From positions 1 to 64,000 of IMG/VR virus record IMGVR_UViG_3300047408_000067: a stretch of 64,000 nt of DNA. One strand, 5' to 3'. The stretch comes from a virus. Shown here piece after piece: positions 27,795 to 36,572 of this stretch. Both the position numbers and the translations under genes were made by a program. The notes beneath the pieces are model-generated. The model did no database searches and was not told where the DNA came from. It was given only the letters and a program-made list of their open reading frames with translations. Numbering within the stretch: the stretch's first letter is position 1; every line of letters starts with the position of its first letter.

Positions 27795-28178
27795 TTAGAA
27801 TGGCTGGTCGTACTTCAGACGCTTTAGTATCTGGCGGTCACGCACCACACCAGCGATGGTGGTACGTAATGTACAGGTAGGAGAACACACCCTCAGCTTT
27901 CCGGCTTTCTTGTGCGCCGCAATCTTAGCCTTACCCGCTACCACTGACGTTGCAAGCTCTTGCGCTCTTGTGCGCATTAGCTCACTACGCATATACAGGG
28001 GGACGGCTTTGCTTGGCACACTACACTTTACCAGCCCAGGCTTCCCTTTGGCAAGGTGGGGCCTGAGCAATGAAGGTGGCTTACTCGCCGCGCTTACGAA
28101 CGCATCGGCGGGTATATACTTGACAATCAAGATGATTGCCACAACTAACAGCAATCCGAGTTTGGCTTCTGTGTCCAC
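27795..28178 (-). CDS. Hypothetical protein with N-terminal TM helix
   Basis: LGLLLVVAIILIV then basic region. Confidence 0.55.
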   Translation of the reverse strand: MDTEAKLGLLLVVAIILIVKYIPADAFVSAASKPPSLLRPHLAKGKPGLVKCSVPSKAVPLYMRSELMRTRAQELATSVVAGKAKIAAHKKAGKLRVCSPTCTLRTTIAGVVRDRQILKRLKYDQPF

Positions 28179-28643
28179 CTATATCTTCTGCAGTTCTGCC
28201 TCCATTAGCTGGAGGATACCTTCAGCTTCGTATTGGCCGTCGATGTGTCCAAAACTGCGCGTGCTCACCTCGGATAAGATACTCATCATACCAGTGGTTT
28301 CCGACCAGAAATGCGGCCGGTCCTGGTACTCGAGGAACGTGTCAAACGTCGGCCGCAACATTGTATCCACTGTTGCGTATAGCGTAACCACACACTCCAC
28401 GGTATCTACTACCAAGTAGGTGTCGGGGCTATCCTTGCCCTGGTACACCTTCTCACTCGGCTTGCTACCTATATGCAAGCTAGACCTCCTATTTACTTGT
28501 TCAAGTGCGCTGCCCCCACTTGGGGCCAACAAAAACAGTATGCCACCAAAGTTATCCGTGCGGCAATCCCAGTGGAGCGTCAAAGACGAAGTTCGTTGGG
28601 AACGGCTCAAACCCACCCTGCTCATTATACACCAAAATGACAA
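28179..28643 (-). CDS. Hypothetical protein
   Basis: True start probably internal (AGGAGG at ~28490). Confidence 0.5.
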   Translation of the reverse strand: MSFWCIMSRVGLSRSQRTSSLTLHWDCRTDNFGGILFLLAPSGGSALEQVNRRSSLHIGSKPSEKVYQGKDSPDTYLVVDTVECVVTLYATVDTMLRPTFDTFLEYQDRPHFWSETTGMMSILSEVSTRSFGHIDGQYEAEGILQLMEAELQKI

Positions 28644-28983
28644 AGGGGTACCCCAGTCTTTGGCGTAGAGCCTGAACAGCTACCACGTTGAAGTAGGCAT
28701 GTCCCGTTACCAGGAAGAATATCCTACTGGAAGGCCAGATCCTCTCCACGCTGGCACGTATCTCGGCGGTCACATCTAGTATGTAATCTCGCGTTAGTGG
28801 CCGCCGAGCTAGCATGGATAATGGATAGAGAACTACCTGGTCCTTGAGCCACTCCTCAAGGACCGCCTTATCGTGGTGGTGTGGTGTTGCTGAGACTACC
28901 GTTAGCACCACTGACCTGCTGTTGGGTCCGTGCTTTCTCCAGCTTCGCTCGCGTACGGTTTGCCTTCGCCATCTGTCGGCCAA
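28552..28983 (-). CDS. Hypothetical alpha/beta protein
   Basis: FFLVTGHAYFNVVA...FVILVYN; start probably internal. Confidence 0.5.
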   Translation of the reverse strand: MADRWRRQTVRERSWRKHGPNSRSVVLTVVSATPHHHDKAVLEEWLKDQVVLYPLSMLARRPLTRDYILDVTAEIRASVERIWPSSRIFFLVTGHAYFNVVAVQALRQRLGYPFVILVYNEQGGFEPFPTNFVFDAPLGLPHG

Positions 28984-29018
28984 GTTTGATCTCCAGCTTC
29001 TCCAGCTTGGAGGTTTGG

Positions 29019-29528
29019 TCAGCCACGTTTCACCTTCTTACGCCGCACAGGCGCGACCTCTTCCTCTTCTTCCTCGTCGTCTTCCTCGACCTCGGCTACC
29101 TCTTCCTCCTCATCATCGTCTGGCTCCTCCTCCTCACGCTTGGTAGCAAACAGCATGAGTACTTCGCCAAGCTCGTCATCATAGTCGGTGACAGCAGTTA
29201 GGTCATACCCGCGCACCCGTAGGGGTTTGCGGACACCCTCGCGGATTTTGACCTTCTCGGTTTTGCTGGCGACAGGGATGACCACTGCTTTCTCGCCCAG
29301 CTCCAGCCTGATAAGCCTGCGCACCAGTTTCTCGTACTCTGGGTTGCGCGACCCAGGCGAGCGCCCCTTTGGCACGTCATCCCTGCGGATGGTGCGGGCA
29401 ACGACAATCAAGCCGTTCTTGGGAGCAGCCTGCTCTGGCTCCTCATCGTCCTCTACAGGACGCCGTTTCTTCCTATGGGCTATGACCACTTGGTTATCTC
29501 CTTGCTGGCACTTTTTGCCATAAGGCAA
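29019..29528 (-). CDS. Hypothetical DNA-binding-like protein with acidic tail
   Basis: Basic core, EEEE tail; AAGGAG RBS suggests start near 29486. Confidence 0.65.
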   Translation of the reverse strand: MPYGKKCQQGDNQVVIAHRKKRRPVEDDEEPEQAAPKNGLIVVARTIRRDDVPKGRSPGSRNPEYEKLVRRLIRLELGEKAVVIPVASKTEKVKIREGVRKPLRVRGYDLTAVTDYDDELGEVLMLFATKREEEEPDDDEEEEVAEVEEDDEEEEEEVAPVRRKKVKRG

Positions 29529-29557
29529 CTATACAGCAGCAGGCTTCCCATTTGCAA
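29528..29557 (-). promoter_or_regulatory. Class-A promoter TTGCAA-N18-TATAGT
   Basis: Intergenic sigma70-like boxes. Confidence 0.6.
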
Positions 29558-29577
29558 GTTGCAGTTTTGCAGTGGAG

Positions 29578-29835
29578 TTAGTAGTCTCTAGGGATCATGC
29601 CAGGAATCTCTTCAGGGTCCTGAGGGCGTTCACGAGCCAGTTCTATTGTGACGGCCCCATCCTTGCGGATGGTAGCAGCATTGCTCATCCTGGTCCACTT
29701 CGTGGTGAGCTTCGAGTACTCGTCTTCACTCACGTAACCGAATATACGTATCGCTTCGATTATAGACAGTACATCGTTCTCAGCACACGCCTGCTGGACC
29801 ATCTTCAAGAACGGAGCTAAACGGTCTCTAGCCAT
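29578..29835 (-). CDS. Hypothetical protein
   Basis: 85 aa, overlaps end of TS gene. Confidence 0.55.
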   Translation of the reverse strand: MARDRLAPFLKMVQQACAENDVLSIIEAIRIFGYVSEDEYSKLTTKWTRMSNAATIRKDGAVTIELARERPQDPEEIPGMIPRDY

Positions 29836-30983
29836 TTACGTACCTGTTCATAGGGTACCCCGTAGGATGATAGTTCTAGATACGCTGCTTGAATCAGGTT
29901 CGAATACTTCTCTGGGTCTTTGTTCCAACGGTACTGACAGAAGTTACGCATCATCGGTGCCCTGAGCTCTGGATACTCAGGCAGACCTTCGAATGCTCTT
30001 TCGTCGTCGTGTTGCTTGAAGTCACGGTACGCCTGCAACGTTTGTATCACAGCCCGCCAGTACGGACCTATCACGTTCTCCAATCGTTTGAAGTCGTCGT
30101 GGTGGTACTCTATCTGTTCGCGGATGTTGCGCTCTGCCCTGGTTAGCTCAGTGGCAACTAGCGGACCAGTCTTCATCATTGGCGGTGTGGCTTCGAAATA
30201 CTGGTACAAGTCAAACGGCTTGACGTCTTCGCACTCTCGGTACTTTTCCCGATACACGTGGAAGCTGTCCTGCACTATGAACATATGTCCCATTGGCACA
30301 TGCAATGACGCAGCCACCCACTCCTGGACGTGGCTCCACTGCATAACGTTGTACGGTATCCCCCATACCGCATCGTTGCTACGAATGATTTGCATCCAGT
30401 CCAGCCTGCCTTCTCTTATCATGGCATGGGCATAGACGTTGCAAGCTCTGTCATTTGTCTGGGCCTGGTAGTTATCCCAATACGGGTGGCTGAGAACAAT
30501 ACTAGCCTGTCTGCTGTCGGGGTCTGCCACCAGGGTCTGGATTACATGCTCAAGCTGGTCTATTCCAGAATAATCAAGGCTCTTCCTAGCACCGTAGTCA
30601 TAATGGCGCATTCTATCCCCATACGCCGCATTGAAACCAACTACATCACGCTGCCAATGGGGTGTACCTCTTGGGCCATCACCCTGGATGTCGATGATGC
30701 TACTGTTGTAGAAGGCCAGCGCCTGAGCATCATTCTGCCCCGTGATAATATGCATCGCTTCAACAAGGGCAAACGGCAGATTGATCATTCGACCCATGCA
30801 GGTCGTAACACGCTTTCGTGGGTCCAATATAAGAGCCGTGGTGGGGTGTAGTTCCCTCGTCGTCTTACCCCTTGGAGAGGTCTCGGTACCTTTTGCCATG
30901 AGGGTCTTACAGATGTCGGCGTAGTAGTCGTTTACACCCACTGCCGAGAAGTGCCATGCCTGGGGAATATCAGTTATTGTCAT
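29817..30983 (-). CDS. Thymidylate synthase-fold enzyme, probably dUMP hydroxymethylase
   Basis: AYG.R, DQLEHV, DSRQA, catalytic ACN, RSNDAVWGIPYN (Asn = dUMP-type), SFHVY; long C-terminal extension. Confidence 0.85.
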   Translation of the reverse strand: MTITDIPQAWHFSAVGVNDYYADICKTLMAKGTETSPRGKTTRELHPTTALILDPRKRVTTCMGRMINLPFALVEAMHIITGQNDAQALAFYNSSIIDIQGDGPRGTPHWQRDVVGFNAAYGDRMRHYDYGARKSLDYSGIDQLEHVIQTLVADPDSRQASIVLSHPYWDNYQAQTNDRACNVYAHAMIREGRLDWMQIIRSNDAVWGIPYNVMQWSHVQEWVAASLHVPMGHMFIVQDSFHVYREKYRECEDVKPFDLYQYFEATPPMMKTGPLVATELTRAERNIREQIEYHHDDFKRLENVIGPYWRAVIQTLQAYRDFKQHDDERAFEGLPEYPELRAPMMRNFCQYRWNKDPEKYSNLIQAAYLELSSYGVPYEQVRKWLETV

Positions 30984-30999
30984 AGCTTTGTGTGCCTAC

Positions 31000-31455
31000 C
31001 TACATTGTAGCAGCTAAGACTTCTGTATGCCAAACAGGGAAGTACACGTTGGACTTATAGGTATGACCATACCTATTTGCTATCCGCATCTTGCCTTTCC
31101 GCAGCCTGCCCTGCTTGACCAGGTCTTCTAGCATTTGCCATAGACTGTTCTTGTTCTGGAACGTTGTGACCAGTACCAGCTCTTTTGCCGTAAACGGTCC
31201 TAAGACCATAGTGGCATATTCGCAGCACTGCTGATACAAATCATCCAAGGATTTGTCGCGGCCAGATCTCCTCTCGTCAAAGGGTACTTTGCGTTGACAG
31301 TCATTGATAGTGCGGGCTATGTCGTAGCTCAGTGGTATCTGGAACGCGGGACAGTAGTAACCCTCGCCTCTTTCACGAAGCAGCTTACAGTCGAAGCAAG
31401 AGCTAATCCGCCAAGACACCTGCCCACTCTCGTAGTTTTTGGTAGTCCTCTTCAT
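31000..31455 (-). CDS. Zn-binding + winged-helix-like protein
   Basis: CFDC...C..; LEDLVKQGRLRK. Confidence 0.5.
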   Translation of the reverse strand: MKRTTKNYESGQVSWRISSCFDCKLLRERGEGYYCPAFQIPLSYDIARTINDCQRKVPFDERRSGRDKSLDDLYQQCCEYATMVLGPFTAKELVLVTTFQNKNSLWQMLEDLVKQGRLRKGKMRIANRYGHTYKSNVYFPVWHTEVLAATM

Positions 31456-31786
31456 ACATGAAGATCCGCCAGTACAGATACTTACCCCTACGGCCTAATG
31501 TCCTGCGGTGGTACACAGCACATATCGCGACGCTGTCAGGGAGCGTCACAACCGCCTTGATACCCCGCAGTATGGCACGCACACTACCGTAGCCCCCAAG
31601 CGAGTCGGTCCTCTTGATCTGGAACGCGTAGAGCTTGCGACCTATCCACACGTTGTCCAGAATCGACCTGCTCTGGCTGCTCCGTATCGCGACCAGGTGG
31701 TACGGGAGCTCCTCCCCTATCCTGCGTATCTCGTTCTCCTTGGTCTGGCCCCAGGCTTTTCTTGAGCCTTTTCTTGTCCACGCCAT
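31403..31786 (-). CDS. PD-(D/E)XK nuclease, Hjc-like resolvase
   Basis: GxxKENE...AIRSSQSRSILD...AFQIKR. Confidence 0.6.
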   Translation of the reverse strand: MAWTRKGSRKAWGQTKENEIRRIGEELPYHLVAIRSSQSRSILDNVWIGRKLYAFQIKRTDSLGGYGSVRAILRGIKAVVTLPDSVAICAVYHRRTLGRRGKYLYWRIFMYEEDYQKLREWAGVLAD

Positions 31787-31800
31787 GAGGCTTACTCCAA

Positions 31801-32331
31801 TCAGGATGGTACGAAGCAGGTTCTGCAGGTCCAGGGAAAGAACTTTGAAGACGGCCGTCTTTCCATAAGCCGTGGAGCTCTAAGAAGAGACGCCCTTCCA
31901 TCACAGAGGGGGCACCTAACACGAGGTATACGATTGTGTGCCCAGAATGTTCGCCTATGACGTTCGCTAATCCCTTCAGGGCATCCAAGGGACGCCGGGA
32001 TTCCAAGTTTAGGAGAACGTAGAGTGGACTTGCAATGCACGCAGGTCCACACGTCTTGGTCAGGGGTTTGGGCCATGAGGCCCCATTGGTGATAGCGGCG
32101 CTTTGTGATCCAGGTACGCTTTCTGAGGAACTCATTGTATGCTAGCGTCACTCCTTCCGGTGGAAACTTGATTACACAACCAAGGCATCGCTTGGGCGTT
32201 ACCTTGATACCCTGATAGTACGTGAGTAGGATGAAGCATGGACGGCCACACACCACACACGTTCTGCTCTGGCCGCTTTTGGACAGAGTGTAGTTGCTGT
32301 TCTTCAGGATGTGGTCCTCCACTTCAAACAC
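31801..32331 (-). CDS. Multi-CxxC hypothetical protein
   Basis: Five CxxC pairs. Confidence 0.5.
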   Translation of the reverse strand: MFEVEDHILKNSNYTLSKSGQSRTCVVCGRPCFILLTYYQGIKVTPKRCLGCVIKFPPEGVTLAYNEFLRKRTWITKRRYHQWGLMAQTPDQDVWTCVHCKSTLRSPKLGIPASLGCPEGISERHRRTFWAHNRIPRVRCPLCDGRASLLRAPRLMERRPSSKFFPWTCRTCFVPS

Positions 32332-32893
32332 TAAGACCTCCCCATTGGTCAGCCATCGCTTCGGCTATACCAGGGAAAGTTACGCTTCGTATCTTGCCTC
32401 TGTCAACACTGGTTACCATGTCGAAGAAGCGCGTCTGGAAGCGTTTGGGCACATACTTAGTAGGTCTCAGCAAGGGCAGGTGCCGGAGCCATAAATGTGT
32501 CTTCTTCTGCTCCGTGTCGCCAAACTGCCAGGGATGAATCATCTGGTCTGGCAGTCTAATGCGCGTGCTTATGAGACCCACAGGGTTCTCAATGCAGATA
32601 TAGTATATAGGCGCAGCCATTAGCTCTCGCACAAACGCCAGTGCTTCTCGTGTCTTCGCTGGACGTCCAGGAGCACGGTACCACACTGCGCCTGATATTG
32701 CTAGGTACGTGCAGGGCGGATGCGCTACCATAAGGTCCCAGCCGTCGTGGAGTATATCCCGCACGTCTCCACGGTAGTGGTAGCCAGGGTTGGCTTCACT
32801 ACGCGCCAAATCACAAGAGACAGCAAAATGGCCGCGACGCGCAAACGCATCACGTACACGACCACTAAACTCACAAGCAACCAATACCCGCAC
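32324..32893 (-). CDS. Short DNA cytosine-C5 methyltransferase-like protein
   Basis: VLVACEFSG (motif I variant), DLMVAHPPC (IV), IENPV (VI), QFG...KKT. Confidence 0.8.
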   Translation of the reverse strand: MRVLVACEFSGRVRDAFARRGHFAVSCDLARSEANPGYHYRGDVRDILHDGWDLMVAHPPCTYLAISGAVWYRAPGRPAKTREALAFVRELMAAPIYYICIENPVGLISTRIRLPDQMIHPWQFGDTEQKKTHLWLRHLPLLRPTKYVPKRFQTRFFDMVTSVDRGKIRSVTFPGIAEAMADQWGGLSV

Positions 32894-32901
32894 ACCTACC
32901 C

Positions 32902-32931
32902 ACTATAGCCGCCTAGACTACTCCCCTGCAA
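32902..32931 (-). promoter_or_regulatory. Class-A promoter TTGCAG-N18-TATAGT
   Basis: Directly upstream of MTase GTG. Confidence 0.65.
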
Positions 32932-32965
32932 TCTAGCTTTGAGTAGGTTTTGAGCAGTCCGTGAG

Positions 32966-33526
32966 CTAGGTGCCGCCACCCCGCCCTGAAGCAACGCGCA
33001 TTTCTGCCATCCGCCACATGCTCTCTCGATCCAGGGCATTGACGTACATCTGGAAGTCTTTGGTTAGGGCGTCAAGTGCTTCTTCCAAACGGATAAGGTT
33101 GTCTAACTCTCGCTCCAAGTTGGCAATGCGCTTGCTCGCCTGCACCTTACCCCAGAGTGCATCCACGTAGACTTTGCTGCTACGCTCGGGGGCAAATATG
33201 CGGAAGAGGCGCTTTTTGGATCTGTCTAATATACGCTCTTGCGCTTTCTTCTCACCCCTAGTTATCCCGAGCAATGCGTTCACTCGTGCAAATTGTGCTG
33301 CCCAATACGACTGTAGCGCACGTAGCTCACGCGGCTGAATCATTGTGATGTCGCTGGGAAATGCGTTGTCCTCAGTTATCTCGGGCATCTGCGCCGGAAA
33401 CGGTATGCTCAAGCGCGCCAGAGTCTCAAGTAACTCGGTGCGCGGTACAACCAGTTCCAGGCTGCGGATCATACGTGGGGTCAGCGGGGCTACCGCCGCG
33501 AGGTTAGTATGGTCTTTAGTCGGCAT
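32966..33526 (-). CDS. Helical/coiled-coil hypothetical protein
   Basis: 186 aa in recombination block; UvsY-like role is only a guess. Confidence 0.6.
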   Translation of the reverse strand: MPTKDHTNLAAVAPLTPRMIRSLELVVPRTELLETLARLSIPFPAQMPEITEDNAFPSDITMIQPRELRALQSYWAAQFARVNALLGITRGEKKAQERILDRSKKRLFRIFAPERSSKVYVDALWGKVQASKRIANLERELDNLIRLEEALDALTKDFQMYVNALDRESMWRMAEMRVASGRGGGT

Positions 33527-33603
33527 TTATCCACTCCTTGCCGCAGTCTTGCATGGGGCATCTAGCCAGCACCCCATCCGGAAGGTCGCTACCCCTAAAT
33601 GTC

Positions 33604-34092
33604 TCAACGACGCTTCCGTCGTGTGGACAGACCAGTGCTACGACGAACCCACGCCGGTTCGCTATCAGTTGTGCCGTTACGAGCTTCTCCTGGTCTGCCT
33701 GGGTCAACGGTATACTCTTCTCTTGGAAGTGCCCGACTGCGCTTCCTAGCGAGCTTCTCCGCCAGTTGAAGTCGACATACCCTGCAACCGGATAGACCTT
33801 CAAACGTCTTGGGGTTCTGGTGTTTCTTGTAGATACCCTTGAGGTGCCAGCAGGCATGGCAGAGTACTAGATGCCTCTTTCCAATTTGATGGTATTGCGG
33901 TACGTCCTTGTCGCTGCCGTTAGTGTAGTACCACTTGCGTTCCAGGCAGACATTGCAAGTGTAGTTGCTAATCTGGTCGAGTGTTGCGTCTCTAGTGGGG
34001 TAGAATTTTCCAGGATTCTTGGCTTTCCATTTCTCACGCTCTTTGTAAAGCTGGAGCCAATACCTCTTTTGCCACAAAGCTAGGGTAACCAT
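33604..34092 (-). CDS. Zn-finger hypothetical protein
   Basis: CNVC, CHAC, CRVC; class-B promoter at 34103-34124. Confidence 0.55.
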   Translation of the reverse strand: MVTLALWQKRYWLQLYKEREKWKAKNPGKFYPTRDATLDQISNYTCNVCLERKWYYTNGSDKDVPQYHQIGKRHLVLCHACWHLKGIYKKHQNPKTFEGLSGCRVCRLQLAEKLARKRSRALPREEYTVDPGRPGEARNGTTDSEPAWVRRSTGLSTRRKRR

Positions 34093-34122
34093 GTATGCCT
34101 ACATTGTACCCGCTGGGACGGT

Positions 34123-34941
34123 CTAGCCGCCAGCTTGCGTGATACGTAGACAGTTCAGGCTTTGACGGCAATTAGCGAACATACGATCCCCAGGCTGAAC
34201 GTGGCCCTTGGAATCCATAGTGCAGCCGTGCTCTGGCAGCGTACCTTCCTGACGGTGCTTACGCAAGATCTTGTACTGAGCACGTAGCTGTGCGATCAGC
34301 TCTGGGTCCCGATTGATGGGCAGCTCGAAGTACTCTTGCGTATTCTTGTTCTCGAACCAGAGGATCCCTTTGTTGATGTGGAGCGCCTGCATGTAGTTGT
34401 GCAGTTGCCAGCGGTATCCCTGTAGATGCTCTGGTAGCTTGTGCGTTCTCTCCACTTCCTTGAAGGTAGCGTCGTTGGCACCCTTGACATCGATGACGTA
34501 AATTTCCCCACCTATTTCCACCACGTCATCAGGTGTGCCCGCCACATACCACGGAAGATACTCTACAAGCTCCTCTTGCGCGTGTACAGTTAGGTACCCT
34601 GCCCGTTGCATACGCAGGAATATTGTGTGCCATCTAAGATGTCGCCAGTGGCCGTCGTCAAATAGACTGTTGGTACGTGGGTTCTCGTCTATCTTCCCTG
34701 GCATACCATTGATAGCAAGCATCTGCTCGCGTAGGCAGCGCTTAGACCCAGATGGGCTGAAGTAAGTGCGCTGTCTCGGTAGCTTACGGGCCAGAAGTAG
34801 TTTGGCTGCGAACGCAGCTTCCGTCTTACTAAAGTCACCCAAATCCTGGGTGATCATAAACTGGTCTACTAAGGGCGTCAGTATCTTAGTCGGGTCACGC
34901 CTGTTCTTCAGGTACTTCTTTATGTCAAAGCCAGGAGACAT
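34123..34941 (-). CDS. Cas4-like PD-(D/E)XK exonuclease
   Basis: FSPSGSKRCLR, GTPD, IDVKG, QLHNYM, C-terminal Cys cluster. Confidence 0.8.
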   Translation of the reverse strand: MSPGFDIKKYLKNRRDPTKILTPLVDQFMITQDLGDFSKTEAAFAAKLLLARKLPRQRTYFSPSGSKRCLREQMLAINGMPGKIDENPRTNSLFDDGHWRHLRWHTIFLRMQRAGYLTVHAQEELVEYLPWYVAGTPDDVVEIGGEIYVIDVKGANDATFKEVERTHKLPEHLQGYRWQLHNYMQALHINKGILWFENKNTQEYFELPINRDPELIAQLRAQYKILRKHRQEGTLPEHGCTMDSKGHVQPGDRMFANCRQSLNCLRITQAGG

Positions 34942-35353
34942 CTCTACACTGCCTGCAAGAGTCCCTGTTGCACCCGTCAGTTTTGACAGGGAAACCCTTC
35001 TTTCTTAGGAACATACTGTCACATTTGCTCAACAGGTGCGGGCTTGGGACCAAGATGATACGCTGCTCCGTCTTGGTGTCCTTGGTTTTGAACCACACCT
35101 TGCGCTTCGTCAGAAACATCAGGCGGTAGTAGCTCTCGTACATCTCGTGGATCCAGGTGCTGCGCTCCCCCACTGGCATGTTCTTGGGCAGTATATATAC
35201 CCACTTCAGGGTTTGAATGCTCGTGGGATCTCCCTGTATTGGAAACGCTCTCGCTTGCATAGCAGTCCTGACATATGATGATCTGAGGCAGTGTGCAGCC
35301 AGACGGTCCCCGCCACATGACACACGTCGCTCTTGGGTAGACAATAACCTCAC
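34925..35353 (-). CDS. Hypothetical protein
   Basis: ORF abutting nuclease; start uncertain. Confidence 0.45.
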   Translation of the reverse strand: MRLLSTQERRVSCGGDRLAAHCLRSSYVRTAMQARAFPIQGDPTSIQTLKWVYILPKNMPVGERSTWIHEMYESYYRLMFLTKRKVWFKTKDTKTEQRIILVPSPHLLSKCDSMFLRKKGFPVKTDGCNRDSCRQCRDVSWL

Positions 35354-35395
35354 ACTCTATACAGCGTAGATTATAGTGTCTGTGGTAACCTGCCA

Positions 35396-35686
35396 CTACC
35401 CTACCAGTGTACCACGGCGAGCGTTCTTTATGCGCGCTTGAATCGCACCAGTGTAGATCACGAACTTCTCAAACTGATCTTCCAGGTAGGCCAGTTCTTG
35501 AATCAGTTCGTCACGGGTGGGATGTTGGAAACCCTGCATACGTGAGCTTTCGATGTCGTCCTGACACATGACCACAAACTGTTTGAGAGCGTCGTAGCAT
35601 CCCTGGAGAGACCCGTGGGAGGTCCCTGGCAAGATGGAAATATTGCACGACGGACAGACCAAGGGCGCAGTATCATGATCATTCAT
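35396..35686 (-). CDS. Hypothetical protein
   Basis: MNDHDTAPLVCPSC...; ATGA overlap. Confidence 0.55.
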   Translation of the reverse strand: MNDHDTAPLVCPSCNISILPGTSHGSLQGCYDALKQFVVMCQDDIESSRMQGFQHPTRDELIQELAYLEDQFEKFVIYTGAIQARIKNARRGTLVG

Positions 35687-36024
35687 GAGATGGCCAGATT
35701 TTGGCGATGGACCATTTCGGCTGGCAGGACCACCAGGTCTATAGGAGAACCCTCTATTTGGTGAAAGGTAATCTGTATACATGGTGCCAGACCTTCTTTG
35801 GAAGCTGCACGTTGAAGCAGTTTCCAGTCTGCCACGCGAATGCTAAATGATAGGCGTTCGGTCTCCTTGTTGTCCGTTAGTAGCTCGTCGTCCTTGACGT
35901 CAAACTTGGCATGCCAGAATCTACCTGATGACGGCTGAGCACGGCCCACTCGTGCTTTCGCCCATGCCTGTTCGTGACGCTTGTTATCCTTCGTGGGCTT
36001 ATCTGCCCACTTAGGACGACTCAT
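35683..36024 (-). CDS. Holliday junction resolvase-like PD-(D/E)XK protein
   Basis: HEQ...PSSG...KFDV...DNKET...SFSI...W. Confidence 0.65.
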   Translation of the reverse strand: MSRPKWADKPTKDNKRHEQAWAKARVGRAQPSSGRFWHAKFDVKDDELLTDNKETERLSFSIRVADWKLLQRAASKEGLAPCIQITFHQIEGSPIDLVVLPAEMVHRQNLAIS

Positions 36025-36292
36025 CGTCAGGCGCTGGATGCATGTGCATCATCTCGTGCTGGAGCTTGGCCTGCCACCACATACCATGCCAGTCTCGCGC
36101 GAGGATAAACGCCTTACTGTAGTGAAATCCAGACGCCTGCAATTTCTCGAAGTACATGTGAAACATCTGGGCCAGTTCGTCCAGCCCTTGCCCCACTTGA
36201 TCGCCTTCGTGCGTCGTGCTCAAACCGCGCAGGAATTCCTCAACTGCATCACCGATCGGTTGGTCGTCTTTTGGTTCTTGTTTCCTAGGCAT
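36011..36292 (-). CDS. Hypothetical protein
   Basis: MPRKQEPK... Confidence 0.55.
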   Translation of the reverse strand: MPRKQEPKDDQPIGDAVEEFLRGLSTTHEGDQVGQGLDELAQMFHMYFEKLQASGFHYSKAFILARDWHGMWWQAKLQHEMMHMHPAPDDESS

Positions 36293-36572
36293 TCGTTGGC
36301 CAATCTGGATCTGGAATCGGTGCAACATCGCCCGTCATAGCGGGTAGTATGTCGGCACTATGGGTAAGTATAACACCCTGAACGTTGGCAGTACAATCAG
36401 CGTGGTTGACCATGTGAGTGACAGTTTGCAGGTTATCTGTGATGTCCACCATAAGGTCTTGGACCATCTGCTCACTGACTTCAGGCCCCAACGTAAGTTG
36501 GATCAGCACTTCACCAGGGTCGGGTGCTGGCACCACTGATTGGGGTGCTACTTCAATGTCTTTAGTCGCCAC
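36285..36572 (-). CDS. Hypothetical protein
   Basis: 95 aa, coupled to RecA. Confidence 0.55.
   Translation of the reverse strand: MATKDIEVAPQSVVPAPDPGEVLIQLTLGPEVSEQMVQDLMVDITDNLQTVTHMVNHADCTANVQGVILTHSADILPAMTGDVAPIPDPDWPTNA

Noticed and set aside
26822-27827. Long + strand ORFs (also 47602-48683, 56554-58595)
   Set aside because: Antisense shadows of low-complexity or biased - strand genes
34123-34941. Cas4 as evidence of CRISPR-Cas
   Set aside because: Stand-alone Cas4-like nucleases are common in phage recombination modules; no cas1/cas2 or array
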